A stretch of DNA of 64,000 nt, taken from positions 206,497-270,496 of the forward strand of contig NMRA01000100.1 in assembly GCA_002633005.1 (NCBI GenBank), written 5' to 3'. Source of the stretch: Phoronis australis (lineage: Eukaryota > Animalia > Phoronida). The notes under the pieces are model-generated. The model was given only the letters and a program-made list of their open reading frames with translations, was not told where the DNA came from and did not search any database. Numbering within the stretch: position 1 is the first letter of the stretch; every line of letters begins with the position of its first letter. Made by a program: the position numbers and the translations under genes. Below, one piece after another: positions 26,401-38,971 of the stretch.

Positions 26401-27319
26401 GCCGCAGCCAGTCTGACCTCTTTGAGCGCATTAGGTAAGGAGAATTTAAAAATGCGTTGTGATGAAAGAGCTTTTACTTGGCCTGTTTTCAAAAATATTA
26501 AATCTGATGGTTTTCTAGAAATTCTTGCAGTCATTAAAGTGAATAACTCTCATGTTAGCATCCCCAGAAGTAAATTCGCGTCCATCTGTTTAAAAAATAA
26601 TTTTACGAGTTTTCGCGTTCCATACCTCTTTAATTGGACCTTTGGTGCCGCACAACTACATTATTGAGTACAAAATCAGGATGCAATGACATTTAGAAAA
26701 TCGAGTAACCTACGTGTCCGAAATTTGAAGATAAAAATTTACCGATAGATTGAAAATGGGCAACCGTATATTTATGGTGTGTGTGTTTTAAAGATTTTAT
26801 CCCAAAGAGAAAAAGGTCTTGAAAACCTCTGGTATCTATGCCATTTCCCATGCAAACTGGTCGCACATCAACGTTCTGCCTTGATCTAATTTCTTGATAT
26901 TTCCTTCCGTTTTTCACACCGCTATCCTATCGCCCGTGCTTCTTGGTTGGATGCACCTGGGATGGCAGTGTCATCAGGTTTGTCGTATAAAGACATGCTT
27001 GGTCGCTAATGGTTTATGTGTTAGTATTTCATTCTATATAGTGTAGCTGACGGTCGGGTTAGTTGTCGACTCAGTTGGGTTCTGTTAAATATAGATTTTT
27101 TTTTCTTTGTGTGTGCTTGTGCTTGTGTGGATGCATTTATTTGCTATACTTCGGCGTTTTATCTGGAGACTTTCAGTGGCAGGTTGGTTGAAACAGTCCT
27201 AGATAGGGACTCAACTAAGCTCCTTAAATCTTTTGTGTATTTGGTTTATTCTTTACTCACAGATGAATTATTTTATCTTTATTGTGAGCTCTTCTCTGAC
27301 TAATTACATTTTCTAATAA

Positions 27320-28900
27320 TATAACTAAAAACTGAGCCCTTAATTCAATCAAATTAATGAGGGACTTAGTCCTTAAACTAGAGGCGTTGAATGAGAAGAT
27401 CCCCACTTATTTTCAATATTGAGAATTCAACTTAGAGTCACTCTCGATTTGTATAAAAGCCAAAAATTGTCTTAGTAATTATACTCAAATTGCATAAGAA
27501 AAGACAATCGGTATTTTCACGAGCCCACAAATACGAAGTAGAATTAGGGAACTTAACTGAATCCCTATCTATTCATGCAACTGGGCACTGGATAACCGTA
27601 GTTCGTTTCATAGTTAGTAGGTATTCAAGGCAGCTGATGTCATTCTGTATGCTAAAACGTGTACAACTGTACATGCATGATGGCGCAAAAAATGTCACGT
27701 AAAGAAAGGCAGAACATGATGCGTTTTGCATTGGTTTGTAAAGTGGATAAACAATTACAACGAAAAATGTTTGGTTGTCTTCGTACACCATCGCTCCCGT
27801 CAAGTATGCGGTTACGTAGAGATGTTCCATCAATCCCGCATACTTGCTGAGGCTTGTTAAGAGTGTCTCCATTGCTCAGCACTGCTTTCCACGAGGGCCC
27901 TGGGCAAATTTAATTCCCTTCACGCACTGGTATAACACTATGCAAAACATGATCTTGAGTTTTGCAAACTTCCTTTCTGATAGCTTTACTTCCTCCAAAC
28001 CTCTGTCACAATGACGACTCAGATGAGAAGGCTTAAAATTTCAATATCAAAATGTTCGATGTGGCACTTCCTACCTTTGTTTATTGCATGTCATTTCAAG
28101 CACATTGTTCCTGCTCCGTTCAAGTATTCTAATTGTTCATTTGAGGTGGCGTTGGTGTAGACTGAGAATTCAGACTGAAGGGACTTCGAACACTGCAGAA
28201 ACGCCTACGTTACACCTGGGGAATTGAAAGAACCTTAATCATTTTTCCAAAGGTGCGAGTATGCACAGTTATCTTTTACTTATCTTTTGTGTTTGATTTA
28301 AAAGCGATCGACTCTCATTATTTGTTTATATGTGGCATGCCTGTTTATCAGGCATTTGTTACAGGTTTTAACGGCATTTGTTTAATTGTAATAGACAAAC
28401 TTGTCGAAGAAATCTGAAAAGTGGGCAGCAATTTTGCTTTTACAATAGTCAACTAGCGTGTTCATATCACAGTCATTTTTGACTGAATGTGTTGTGTACG
28501 CATTGGAACATCTTCAACGTGCTTTGTTCATGTGTAATAAACATAAATGTAAATAAAAAATACTTACTGCGTAATTGTTTAGTAGCTTATGGTCGTCTTG
28601 ATCTCATTCTCTATTTAGTACAAGGTATCTGATTGGCATTGTCTCACAGTGTATCATAACCAATAATTCTATCAACACAATTCGTTGGTTGATTCTCCAC
28701 TTGAGTGCGTTCACTATCTATGGAGCCGAGTTTTGCTTCAAATTTTGCACTGTTGAGGCCCAAAATCACGCTCTTGTGTTTTGCTTTCATTGGCCTCAGT
28801 GAATCCTGTATACTCTGCATAAATATCTGTTTTGTCGAATTGGCAAAGTCATTTATTATAACCTAAAGGTATTCAATGTCACAATTGCCGATCAAAATAC
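27320..28900 (+). repeat. Old dispersed repeat, homologous in pieces to 750-1620 and 2735-2990
   Basis: Shared strings: ccttaaa.tagaggc.ttg.atga.aagatccc (2771/27371), cacgagggccct (803/27890), ctcagtga..ctgta.a..taatatctgt..cgaattgg (1562/28795). Confidence 0.6.
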
Positions 28901-29445
28901 ACTGGATTGTACCTGTCAGATGTCTGCAAAACTAACAACGATCACGTGATATAATAGTACTGAATTCATCAATTGCTGACTTCTTAGTTCTTTTTACATT
29001 TATGTCCGGAAGGTTAGGTTTTGCGAATTGTTCATGTTGGGAACAAGAACTGCTCAACCATTAATTTTTCTCTGCGTAGCTCAACAATTTTAGTAAGTAG
29101 TTAAGGGCCAAGCTTGAGTTTCATAGGCGCGAGTTGGAACCTCGCGAAAATGCAAGATACACAAAACTTCGCGAGATATCGCGTTATATCACTAGCAAAC
29201 ACGTCGTCATACTAGCTTCCTTCGTGTCGTTATCATATCTACGTATTTACCTTAGCGCCTGACTTGACTGTAGACAAAATTGCCAAGATTTATTGATTAG
29301 TTCGGTGGCATCCTAAAGTGAACATTTGCTAATATCAACTATTGATGACGACTTTAAACAATGTTGATAAACTGGTCATCGATTCTTACGCTATTTCAAT
29401 GTGTGCAATCATTGGCTTATATTATCTAGCCAGGTGATACCCAGC

Positions 29446-32400
29446 ATGGAAAGTCGGTCTATCTGTCACCAGGTTTGCTACGGTCTTGCCTGTGTGCTTG
29501 TTTTTAACCACTGCCTGGTCGGGGCTAAGGTGAGAAGTAAGTATGACTATACAAATTTTAAATATCTAATACGTTAGTCACCAATTGTACTTTTCCTGTA
29601 GGGTAACACATGGCCAACTATTCTTCAAATCAATGGTTTGGATATTTCCATTTTAGTCACAACTAGAAACATTTCTTGTCGACACACGAGCCAAATCGCA
29701 GATTTCAAATCAGGTTGCAAGATGTGTCTCACAAGTTTCCATGTTACAATAGTAAAGAATTTTCATCTCTGAGCCGACCATTCAAGGACTTGGAAAAAAA
29801 AGTGCCAAAAGACCGTCAGTTTTGACAGAGTTGGTCAACTCTTTTAAAATGGAACTGCTTCATGTCAGACCATTAAGCTCTTTCAGGTGGCTTTTAGAAA
29901 CTATTTCCATGACATTTATGGATTTTTTGACTGGGAAGGAAGTGTCCCTAATCAAGCGATGAAATTGTTATCGTTAGTCTTGCTGCTGTAGTTCTTAAAA
30001 TTTTCTTGAACTACATTTAGGCGGCCAAGGGAACTCCTTCAGACACGACCGAGAAAAGAATGCTGCGGAAATTTTGAACAATTTCCTTCGAAAATGGTGC
30101 TAAGCTCTTGCCCTCTTACCACGTCCTAGACCCGCCAGTGTTCTGACGACTCAAAACGATGTTGAGGATGACATTCGATTTTCACTGGAAAGGGTTTCTT
30201 AAATACAAGGCTTGCTTTCTAGCTGTTCCTGGTTCAGTTTCGTTCGTCTTCGTAACATCCGTTGCATTTCGGATAAAATAAATTTATTATTGACTTCACT
30301 TGACAAAAAGTGAAATCCGATAGCTTGTAGCAATTACCCACAGTTAAGTTAGAGGGGCTACAACCCCGCGTTCATCTCAGTTTGTTTCTTGGTCAGTAAT
30401 AAAGTAGTTTCTGAGCTTAAAAAAAAAACTGATTGTTCAACTATGTTGAAGACCTTGCTGGGCGCCAACAGTGACCCGCCGTGACAAACCGACTTGCAGA
30501 GTCAGGCTGGAACCAATAATACGAAGACTATTCTCGGCGCTAACAGTGACCCGCCGTGACAAACCAACTTGCAGAGTCTGGCTGGAACCAATAATATGAA
30601 GACTATTCTCGGCGCTAACAGTGACCCGCCGTGACAAACCAACTTGTAGAGTCTGGCCTGAACCCATAATAAACTGTCAGTTTTTCCAAGCTCAGAAGTC
30701 TCCTTTAAATTTGGCCAATTTGAGGCCAAATTCAAAACCGGAAGTGGTCTAAATCAAAATTTAACTTTGGTGATGGATGGCGTGTTTATATCCGTTTTAA
30801 GTGCCCTATGGCTGTCATCTCGTTTTATTGCATACTTAATTCGACTATGCATAGGATATTCCGTGGTAGGTATTGATTGTTAACTGCTATATCCATGACG
30901 TTTGCATTGTCTCGAACGAAATTTGATTGATTCGAGAGAACTCTCATTGTATAATACTTAACTTGAGGTTTTCAACGTTCTAGGTGTTTATTTTGATCTG
31001 CGCAGAGATCATGGAAAACGCGAAAAATCATTAACAGACGGAGTTTCGCCTTTCTTATCCTCGTATAACGCAGATGGTATTAGTTTACCTTTTCCTTACC
31101 GGAGACTCAGTCTCACCTTTGTTTCCTGTGTTTTAAAGGGCATGAAAGGGGTATGGCCTTGTTTGTCTCTGCTTAAAATGCAAATTATAAGCCTGGTCAC
31201 TCATACACACGTAATGTACCTGAAACCTTTGCACACTGCGACAGGCAGTTACATTTCCTATCAAATGTTTCACGGCATTGGCTTAGTATAAGAACGACTG
31301 ACAAATATTCATCCGTAGGCAGCCCTTCCAAAGTTTGCCAGCCGTTCCAAAGATGAGTTCATATCCGTCGCTTTCATTGGTATGATCAAACTGTCATTTA
31401 TAAACTGTTTGGTACAACTCAATTATTGTCACAAAAACTTTGAGATCAGATTGCTATGAGGTGACCAACGAAATGATATTGTTAGCCCCAAGTCGGAAAA
31501 AATGGAGTTTACCACACCAGTGTAATGCTTGTATTTATTAAACACAATTTAAAGCTCTTTGTTGAAAGGTTTCAGAACAACTGTGGTTCACAACAACGAT
31601 TGCAATCACAGACGCCCTGTTCGCCTTCAGGCTAGTCAGCGAGTTAAAGGCATCGAGTCTCCAGAGGTTAACACGCCGTAAGTGTGTTGTTTACTTTGTT
31701 AAAAACAGTAGCGGCCTCTTTAGGAATGATCGCAAACTCGATCTTACCTGGTTATATTTTTGATTTTTACACGGCCGCAGTTCAATCTCTTGGTTCATGA
31801 ACGTAGTCGTTTTAACGACCACTTTCATCGCCAAATTCAAAAAAAAAATATGAATATCGCGGTCTAGTTTACGTCACTTGCAACGTATTGCTCATTTAGA
31901 AAACACAGCATCGCACTCCCAATAACGTATTACGTCTTTCTTATAACCGGGTATACGTCCTTTCATAAAAGGAGACCCAAATGCGTCAAAAAATCAAAAA
32001 TAGGGGCTTTGAATAGCATGTAGTACATTTGTTTTGAGCAAAAGGAATGCATTACTTACAATCTCTAAAACTGCTTTTCATGCCCTTAGGTGACTAAAAA
32101 CGGCCTTTTACTCTTGTAAAGTCTTCCTTGTAATATTCTTTACGGTTGTATGATCCTATTTCCGTTACTAACAAGAATATTCAAACCGTCAGTGACCCAA
32201 TAAAACGCTTCAGACTTTATTTGGGATTGACCAACCTTAAGGTTACCTCAAACCTTATTCACAAAAATGGCCATTTTTACAATATTTCACATGTGTCTAG
32301 TAAAATACCTTATCTTCATTCTCGGGAAACTTTGTACCTTTCTTAAAAATAAAATTTTGTCTTAAAGGTTTTTACGTAAAAATAATAATGGTACGTTATT

Positions 32401-33744
32401 ACAAAAGGTATTTTCAGAAAATATATACTTTTACTAGTTGGCAAAGCTTAGTTTTTTGATATACGAGTTAGAATAGAGGCCACTAAATAAGGTTGGGATA
32501 ACATTAAAATTGCGGAAATGACACATGCATGGGTGGCGTGTAACGGAAATGGAATACTGTCTCAGTAATAAATATTTTGAGACCGATTTTATTGAAATAA
32601 AAGCCTAATTAGATTTTCGTTTCTAACCACCTAAACAAAGCGAAATGCAGTTTTAACTATAATTCAAAACAAAACAAAACGCAAGCTGGTCTTTAATTTA
32701 CATTTGTCCAATGCCTTCTTGTATTGTACTTGTATGTCTTTTGACACGCATCCGGTTGAGACAACTCCTACGCTAACATTTGGGGTTTTGTTACCCCAAT
32801 ACCTCAGCGAGCACGACTGTTACTAACCCGTCTTAATTTATTCATAAATAAATGCTCATAATTATAAACGCAATGCTTATTTAATGTCCGACTCAAAATG
32901 TGTGTGTTTTTCTACGAAATCAGGGGCAAGTCATGTAGGTGGTTGATAGAGGCAGCTGACGCAGAACACGCCATCAGTTACCGTCTGACAAGCCTACTGA
33001 TTGGATGCAGCCGACAGTGTCACGATGGATACGTCGAAACTAGAGACGGTATGAATAAGTGCCTTACTTTTTCCGCTTCAGTTGTTAAGTTTAAGTTCAT
33101 CAAACAAACGGGAATGCAAACCAATTTAATAAGAAACTTGATGCATGGAGGAAATGGTCGTTACATTTGAACGACAGAACTTCACTTTTAATTAGAATAG
33201 AAAAATTGATACAATATATGAAGCTGTAATTTGAGATGTCTCCTTTGTCGTGATATTTTCGACTGGAGAAACCCAGGGATGAGACTCGCCCTGTAATGTA
33301 AATTAGAAAAAAACTTGGGAAATAGTATAATTAATGACATTGCAATGCCTACTCTTGAGCTTGGTAGACAGAGAATGATTCTAAAAGAGGTCTTCAAAAT
33401 TTTAAACCACTTGTCACCCCCATTTCTGTGGGACCTTCTCACAATTCGCAGGACCCCATATAACTTAAGATCATCCAATAGGACAAACATCCTTCAATGC
33501 AGAACTACTCGGTATGGTCTACTATCTCTCAGAGCCTTTGGCTCTAATTTGTGGATTTCATTATCAGAGGAGGCGAGATCGTGTCTACATTTAAAAACTT
33601 TTATACAGCATGCAAATGTATGGACTGAGTCTCCCTGTAAGTGTAGTATCTATGATTTTATTAATCGGACATAGTGGTGCTAATTGCTTAAATTTGTTAA
33701 CCTTGTATATAGTATTTTAAATTTTGTTTTTAATTACACTCTCT

Positions 33745-33784
<40 letters not shown>

Positions 33785-35218
33785 GTTAATTTATTTATTT
33801 ATTTTTATAACTTATGTATTTATTTGTCGTCGTACTAGCGTGTGGCTAACGTTTTCTCGTTGTTTGACAAACCGACTATAAATAAAATGACTTGACTTGA
33901 CTTGACAGCGAGGTTAACAATTATTTGTTTGCGTTACGGCCATATTGGATAGTCGCCCCATAGCAGCTAGTTGCCGGCGATTTCGAAAAAGCACCTGAGT
34001 AATTTTTGAATAACAATGACTAAAGATCACAGTTTCACGCTTTCCTAGTGGCATCGTTTCCATGTAAGCGGGACCCATATACACAGCCTGGACTAGTCAA
34101 CGTTTCCTTATAATGTCTGTTAAAATAGTCCAAGTTGGTCACGTGTCACTGTAGTCGCAAGGCAACTCTTATGAAAGAAAATATGTTAACAAAGTAAAAT
34201 CTTCCTCTTACAGTCTACTTTAAGACCCCATGACAGAATAATGGTGCCACTGGCGGCAAAACAAATTCTCAAATGACCCCTTGTGGGCTCTTTTTCGACG
34301 CAAAGCCGTCTCTACAAAGTAACGTTTCCGGTACAGATATTTGAAAGTTTGAATTCATCGAAGGAAGTGAACTCTGTATCAATTCTAACCTTTCAGTCGA
34401 CTACCCTAGTAACAGTGCTAGTTGGCTCAAGGAAAAATCGAAAACGAGGCCATTTAAATAGTTCTTACATAATTTATGCATTAACGTGCAGGCACGGAAG
34501 ATGGACACGTGATACGAAGGATGTGTGGACCAAACTGGAATTCTGACACATTAACTACATCTGGACCTCAACTCACGGTGACGTTCAAGTCAGACGGCGA
34601 ATCTCTGGGCAGGAAGTTTGCCTTGGAATTCTGGGCAACGCCTGTTACCCAGTCATGTGGTAATGGACAGTTACGGTGTTACGTTTGATATAAAAGCTAT
34701 TTGTGGTATTACTTTCTTTCCAATTGCTTGATTCATCGTGTGTACCATTGTTACCTGTTACAAAACTTCAAATCTGTTTAGGGGTCACGACTAGTACCTG
34801 TTTTCTGACAGCATTTCTACCTTTTCGTCCTTTTTTCATTGATGTAGACCTAAACTAGTACATTGGTATCGATTCATCTCGGTTTGGCGTGTACTGACTT
34901 CCAGTGTTTAGGACGTGGACGCAGTTGCGCAGCAGCTACGACCACATTGAGTTTTTGATGATCCTAATTTTGCTCTCAAAACCAGTGTCCCAGCGTTTCC
35001 TCTCATTTCCAGATAAGGACACGGTGGTATATGGAGAGGTCGTGTACAGTTCCACAAACTATTGTCTCTTCGCAGTATTTGGGATAATCGTCATCTTTTT
35101 CATCATACTTTTCGTGGTAAATCTCTACAAACACGGACAGAATGTCATAGACATCAGAAGGACAATGCATTTGAGATTCAGACGACGAGGCTTCATTGTA
35201 AACTCAAAAGGCAATTGA
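29446..35218 (+). CDS. Single-CUB-domain type-I transmembrane protein; exons 29446-29536, 31569-31677, 32924-33048, 34492-34659, 35013-35218; ~232 aa
   Basis: Five exons join in frame with GT-AG sites (phases 1/2/1/1). Signal-like N-terminus MESRSICHQVCYGLACVLVFNHCLVGA. CUB motifs: C(NHRRPVRLQAS)..GIESP, CRWLIEA, C..GYVETRDG, RMCGP, SGPQLTVTFKSDGESLGRKFALEF. TM helix YCLFAVFGIIVIFFIILFVVNLY. Tail KHGQNVIDIRRTMHLRFRRRGFIVNSKGN*. The first exon and its donor (GTAAGT at 29537) are the least certain part. Confidence 0.85.
30461..30671. repeat. 75-bp tandem repeat, ~2.8 copies, in intron 1 of the CUB gene
   Basis: ggcgc.aacagtgacccgccgtgacaaacc.acttg.agagtc.gg..gaacc.ataat starts at 30461, 30536 and 30611. 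Confidence 0.9.
33300..33906 (+). mobile_element. 5'-truncated LINE (CR1/L2-like) 3' end in intron 3 of the CUB gene
   Basis: ORF2 C-terminal-like peptide (EVFKILN..PPFL..RTPYNLRS..TTRYGL.SLR..G..LW..L..C.C), then a 3' UTR with (CA)n(TA)n, AATAAA and a (GACTT)n tail. Confidence 0.75.
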
Positions 35219-35511
35219 CAAAAGGTAGTACACAACTGAGGAAAAGGCTCAAGTGCAGGATATTAGTAACAGAGTGTTTAATGTAAAACGGTGTCGTTAC
35301 GTGCATGGTTTGAGGCTTTGTGCCCATAATGCCGCACTCTGGATACCCTATGATCCACCCACTTAATTTGAATGGGCATCCTTCATTACTCAAGTAAAAC
35401 AAAATTGAAGCAGTGTGTAATTTCCAATTTGTTAAGGTAATTCAGCAAGAGTAACGTAATGTTGGATCACCTTGAAAAGCAAATTTCTTTGGAAGGAAGA
35501 TTTCAGAGCTG

Positions 35512-36115
35512 TCAGTGGTCCACCTCAAACTCAAATTTAGCTTCTGGTCTTACGTTTTGCATCATCTGCGCTAAGGCACTTGTTATACCATTTAGTAAAA
35601 TGTCATTGCCTATAGGAGAGAGGTGGACTCCATCCGGATGAAAGAGTGACGCAGCACGAGGAGTTACATCATGGTAAGGGGTGGAAAGAGCATCCCGTAT
35701 ATGGGAGAGGACGGTCTTCTCTGCCAATTATTTGAGCCTAGCACGTTCTTCGTTCATGATCGCCATGCTGATGTGACCACAGTTTATCCTTGGTACTATT
35801 TGGGACCAGACAGTTGTGCTATCTGGAAATTTGTGGTGATGTCCGATCTGAGGGTGGTGCGGTGGTTGTGTAACTTGGTATGACCAATGACACGACTGCT
35901 GGCAGAACGCAGGATTATATATGACGGCTTGTCTTCCATGCAGTTCATGGTCCATGGTTCATGGGGATGACCTGTTTCGTTTTATTGCCACCTTGCCAAA
36001 ATATGCCCTTGACCCCCACCGACTGGAGCTGGAGGTATGTACGATAAGGGCTGGTCATGGCATGCACATGTATGAATGCCCTTTTGACGACAGACGATCC
36101 TACAATCCACATGGT
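35512..36115 (-). pseudogene. Degenerate SGNH/GDSL-hydrolase-like ORF of the kind carried by DIRS-type retroelements
   Basis: Frameshifted pieces: WIVGSSVVKRA (block I), WQGG, FPDSTTVWSQIVPR, and LFHPDGVHLSPIGNDILL (DxxH block V). Confidence 0.65.
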
Positions 36116-37059
36116 GAATGGGCCTGAAAGACCTAAAAGACATCTTAAAAGATGACACGTATGCATATACAAGTACAGGTACATGTTATATATTATTCGA
36201 GATAATGTACATGTTTGTACTTGTCCATGTGATCAATAAATGTTTAAAAAGTCACGATTAATTACCTGTGTTTCTCCACTTAGATGATTACACCATATCT
36301 GGGTGAGGGAGTGGGTTGCTTTGAGTGTCGCCACCAATTGCTTTCGATCGGGAGTGAGCATAGCTGATTACCAGGGACCGGGCTGAGCACTGGTGTGTTA
36401 GAGTGACACCAGGAGACCATAATCCTGTGTACGCCACGTCCCTTCTGTTTAACGTGCATACTTCTAGTTAAGCCACTGCCGAGGTGGGTGATCGTTCCCA
36501 AAACTCCCACAAAACGTTAGTCATTGCCAGCAGTAGATTTTGAGGGGTGGGGGGCCGGTGGGGGGCCGGGGGGGAGCCAATGGAGCCATGCTCTCTCCTC
36601 TAAAATTCTCCCAAAGTCCATTGGGAAGTTCGGGAGTGCCATTGTCTGACGGAAAAATCCTGGCTAATACTCTGCCATGCCCCTCCAACACAAAATCCTG
36701 GATCTGCCCCTGTATGCGGCTGCTGATTTAGCACACTTCGCCATGCCATGAAGTTTTCTAACTTGCTTAAAAGTGTTAAGAGTTGGCGAGAATTAAGAAT
36801 ATTGGGCTGTCTCAAAACTCGCCCTCCATCACAACAATCAACTCAGTTATTTCGGTTTAGACCACTTACTGTTATGAAATCGGTCTTAAAAGTTTCTCCT
36901 TAGTCAAATTGGAGATCGTTACAGGCCTTGCACTGACATTTCGTTATTGTTTGAGATCAGGCTGCAAGGCTTGACTTGTCACGGCGTGTCATTTTATGCG
37001 TCAAGCATGGTCTCAAATAATGAAAGGCTTCATAGAAGAAAAACTTCTACTTCAGCACA

Positions 37060-37230
37060 GTTATGTGAACTCGCTCATGTTTCCTACCTGCCTCATCAGT
37101 CCAGAAAACGAGATGCTCCTAGAGCAATTATTGTTTAATTTGTGATGATGAGTGACCGAAACAACATTCTGGATACAGGGTCAAAGTTGAGAGAGAAGGG
37201 TTTTGCTGTCCTCACCGACCTGCCGCCATT
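37060..37230 (+). mobile_element. LINE ORF1-like fragment
   Basis: Reads PRAIIV*FVMMSDRNNILDTGSKLREKGFAVLTDLP, matching the common PRPIIVKF..DR..IL..L..DLP motif, with one in-frame stop. Confidence 0.55.
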
Positions 37231-38971
37231 TTTAGACCAATGTACTAACTGAAAAGGTTACATACTCGTGGACTTCTCGCACTCTCCTAAAATAGCTTGA
37301 ATCTGCCATTCACTGAAGAGCAGACGAGACGATTACACTCTGCCGGGAACGAGACAATTTGTAATCTTGATAGGTCTTCGATTTGATTTGGTTACGTTGT
37401 TTTTTTGATTTCAAATTTGCCGAATTGAATTTCTTAATTGCAGACAGTAGGAAAATGCCAGCCGAGCTCACGGCGCCAGACTCGTTGGTCCTCCAAGTCA
37501 GCCGCTTGTTCTGTGTTCCGATCGAGTCAAATTTGCCCGTAAAATGGGTCGTGGGGGTCAAGGGGTTTTCGAACAATGCGTCGAAGTAAAAACTCTTTCA
37601 TTCCTACGCAGTTTTCAAATTTTCTACCCCTAATGATATATGTGGGCGCGTGTGGTCAAAGAACTCAAGCTGGCTGCGGCTTGAAATCGAGATTTTATTT
37701 ACATGAAAGGTCAAATGTTGTATATTCCTTGCAAGGGAAATGTGCAACGTCTATGTCTTGCCATATCAAAAAGGAGACTTTATCTGCCATGCGGGAGAAA
37801 AATCGACGAAGGGACGAGCAGCTGACATCGTTTTTTTGAAATTTGAAACTAAAGGATCTATAACAGCCACAGAAATTCGAAACATTTATAAACAAACCGT
37901 TAAAATAACTGGTGAACAATTTGACTTCTGTTTCAGTAGTTGAATGCTACTTTGAATAATGCGATCTAGTCTTTATTACGTTCCAAGCATTTTAATGTAT
38001 AAAGATACATACTTGTGGATGAATGCCTCACAGCAACTGTGAAGGGCCATATTATGAAATCTTAGTCTTTATACGGAGGCAATAAATTGAATCATTATAT
38101 ATAAAAACTATTTACCTTTTGGTTTTTAAAATAAGTCATTTAAAAAATGTCTACCTCTCTAGTTCATTTCCTTCTACAACACCCTAAATTAACTGACATT
38201 ACAAGTTGATTAGTTGAATAGTTTGTAGATAGATTATTCAGCTACTTAGTACACGAAGGGTTTCATTGTTACCTTCTTTGTCATTTTCGCAATTTGGTAA
38301 CACCGTTAGTTTTAAAAAATATTTTGAACCTGTGATACATGCAAAATAATTATTAATGAAGTAAATCACTTATTTTTTTATTCTAGTATGATCACACACC
38401 GTCAAGAACTCATGAAGGACTTTCTAATGATATGACTCTTTTACAATTCCACTGAAAAACGATTTTCAAAAAGAATTTCAAGTGCACTTTAGAGTATACT
38501 TGATACCTTTATAACTAACTTTAAACAGTTAGGACTTAAACCAATTGCCTCTTAAATGAACTGGCTGCTGCTTGAAGACGCCATTGTTTTGTTTACATCA
38601 AAGGTCATAGGTCACATTTTTCATGTAAGGGTAAGATGCCATAACATATAAAGAGACAGGATTTGCCATTTGGGAGAAAAATCGAAGCAGCTGACGTTTT
38701 TATTTGAAATTTGAAACTAAAAGAAAGATGCTTTGACATCAACAGAAATTCATAATCTTTTCGAAAAAACTGTAAAAGTACCTGGTGAACAGGTTTAATT
38801 CTGATTCAGAGGCAGAGAAGTACTTTGAATAATGCGATTCAAAATGAGAGCTGTTGTGCCGACTGTTTTTCCATGTGTAAAACATTTTCCTTTCTTATCA
38901 GTTTATTTTATAACTACTGCAAACCAAAGATGTTCCATGGCATTCATTCATGAACATAGCGAAATTGGAGC

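Noticed and set aside
29529-29530. Alternative donor AAG|GTGAG for CUB exon 1
   Set aside because: It is phase 0 and does not fit the phase-1 acceptor at 31569. The GTAAGT donor at 29537 restores the frame.
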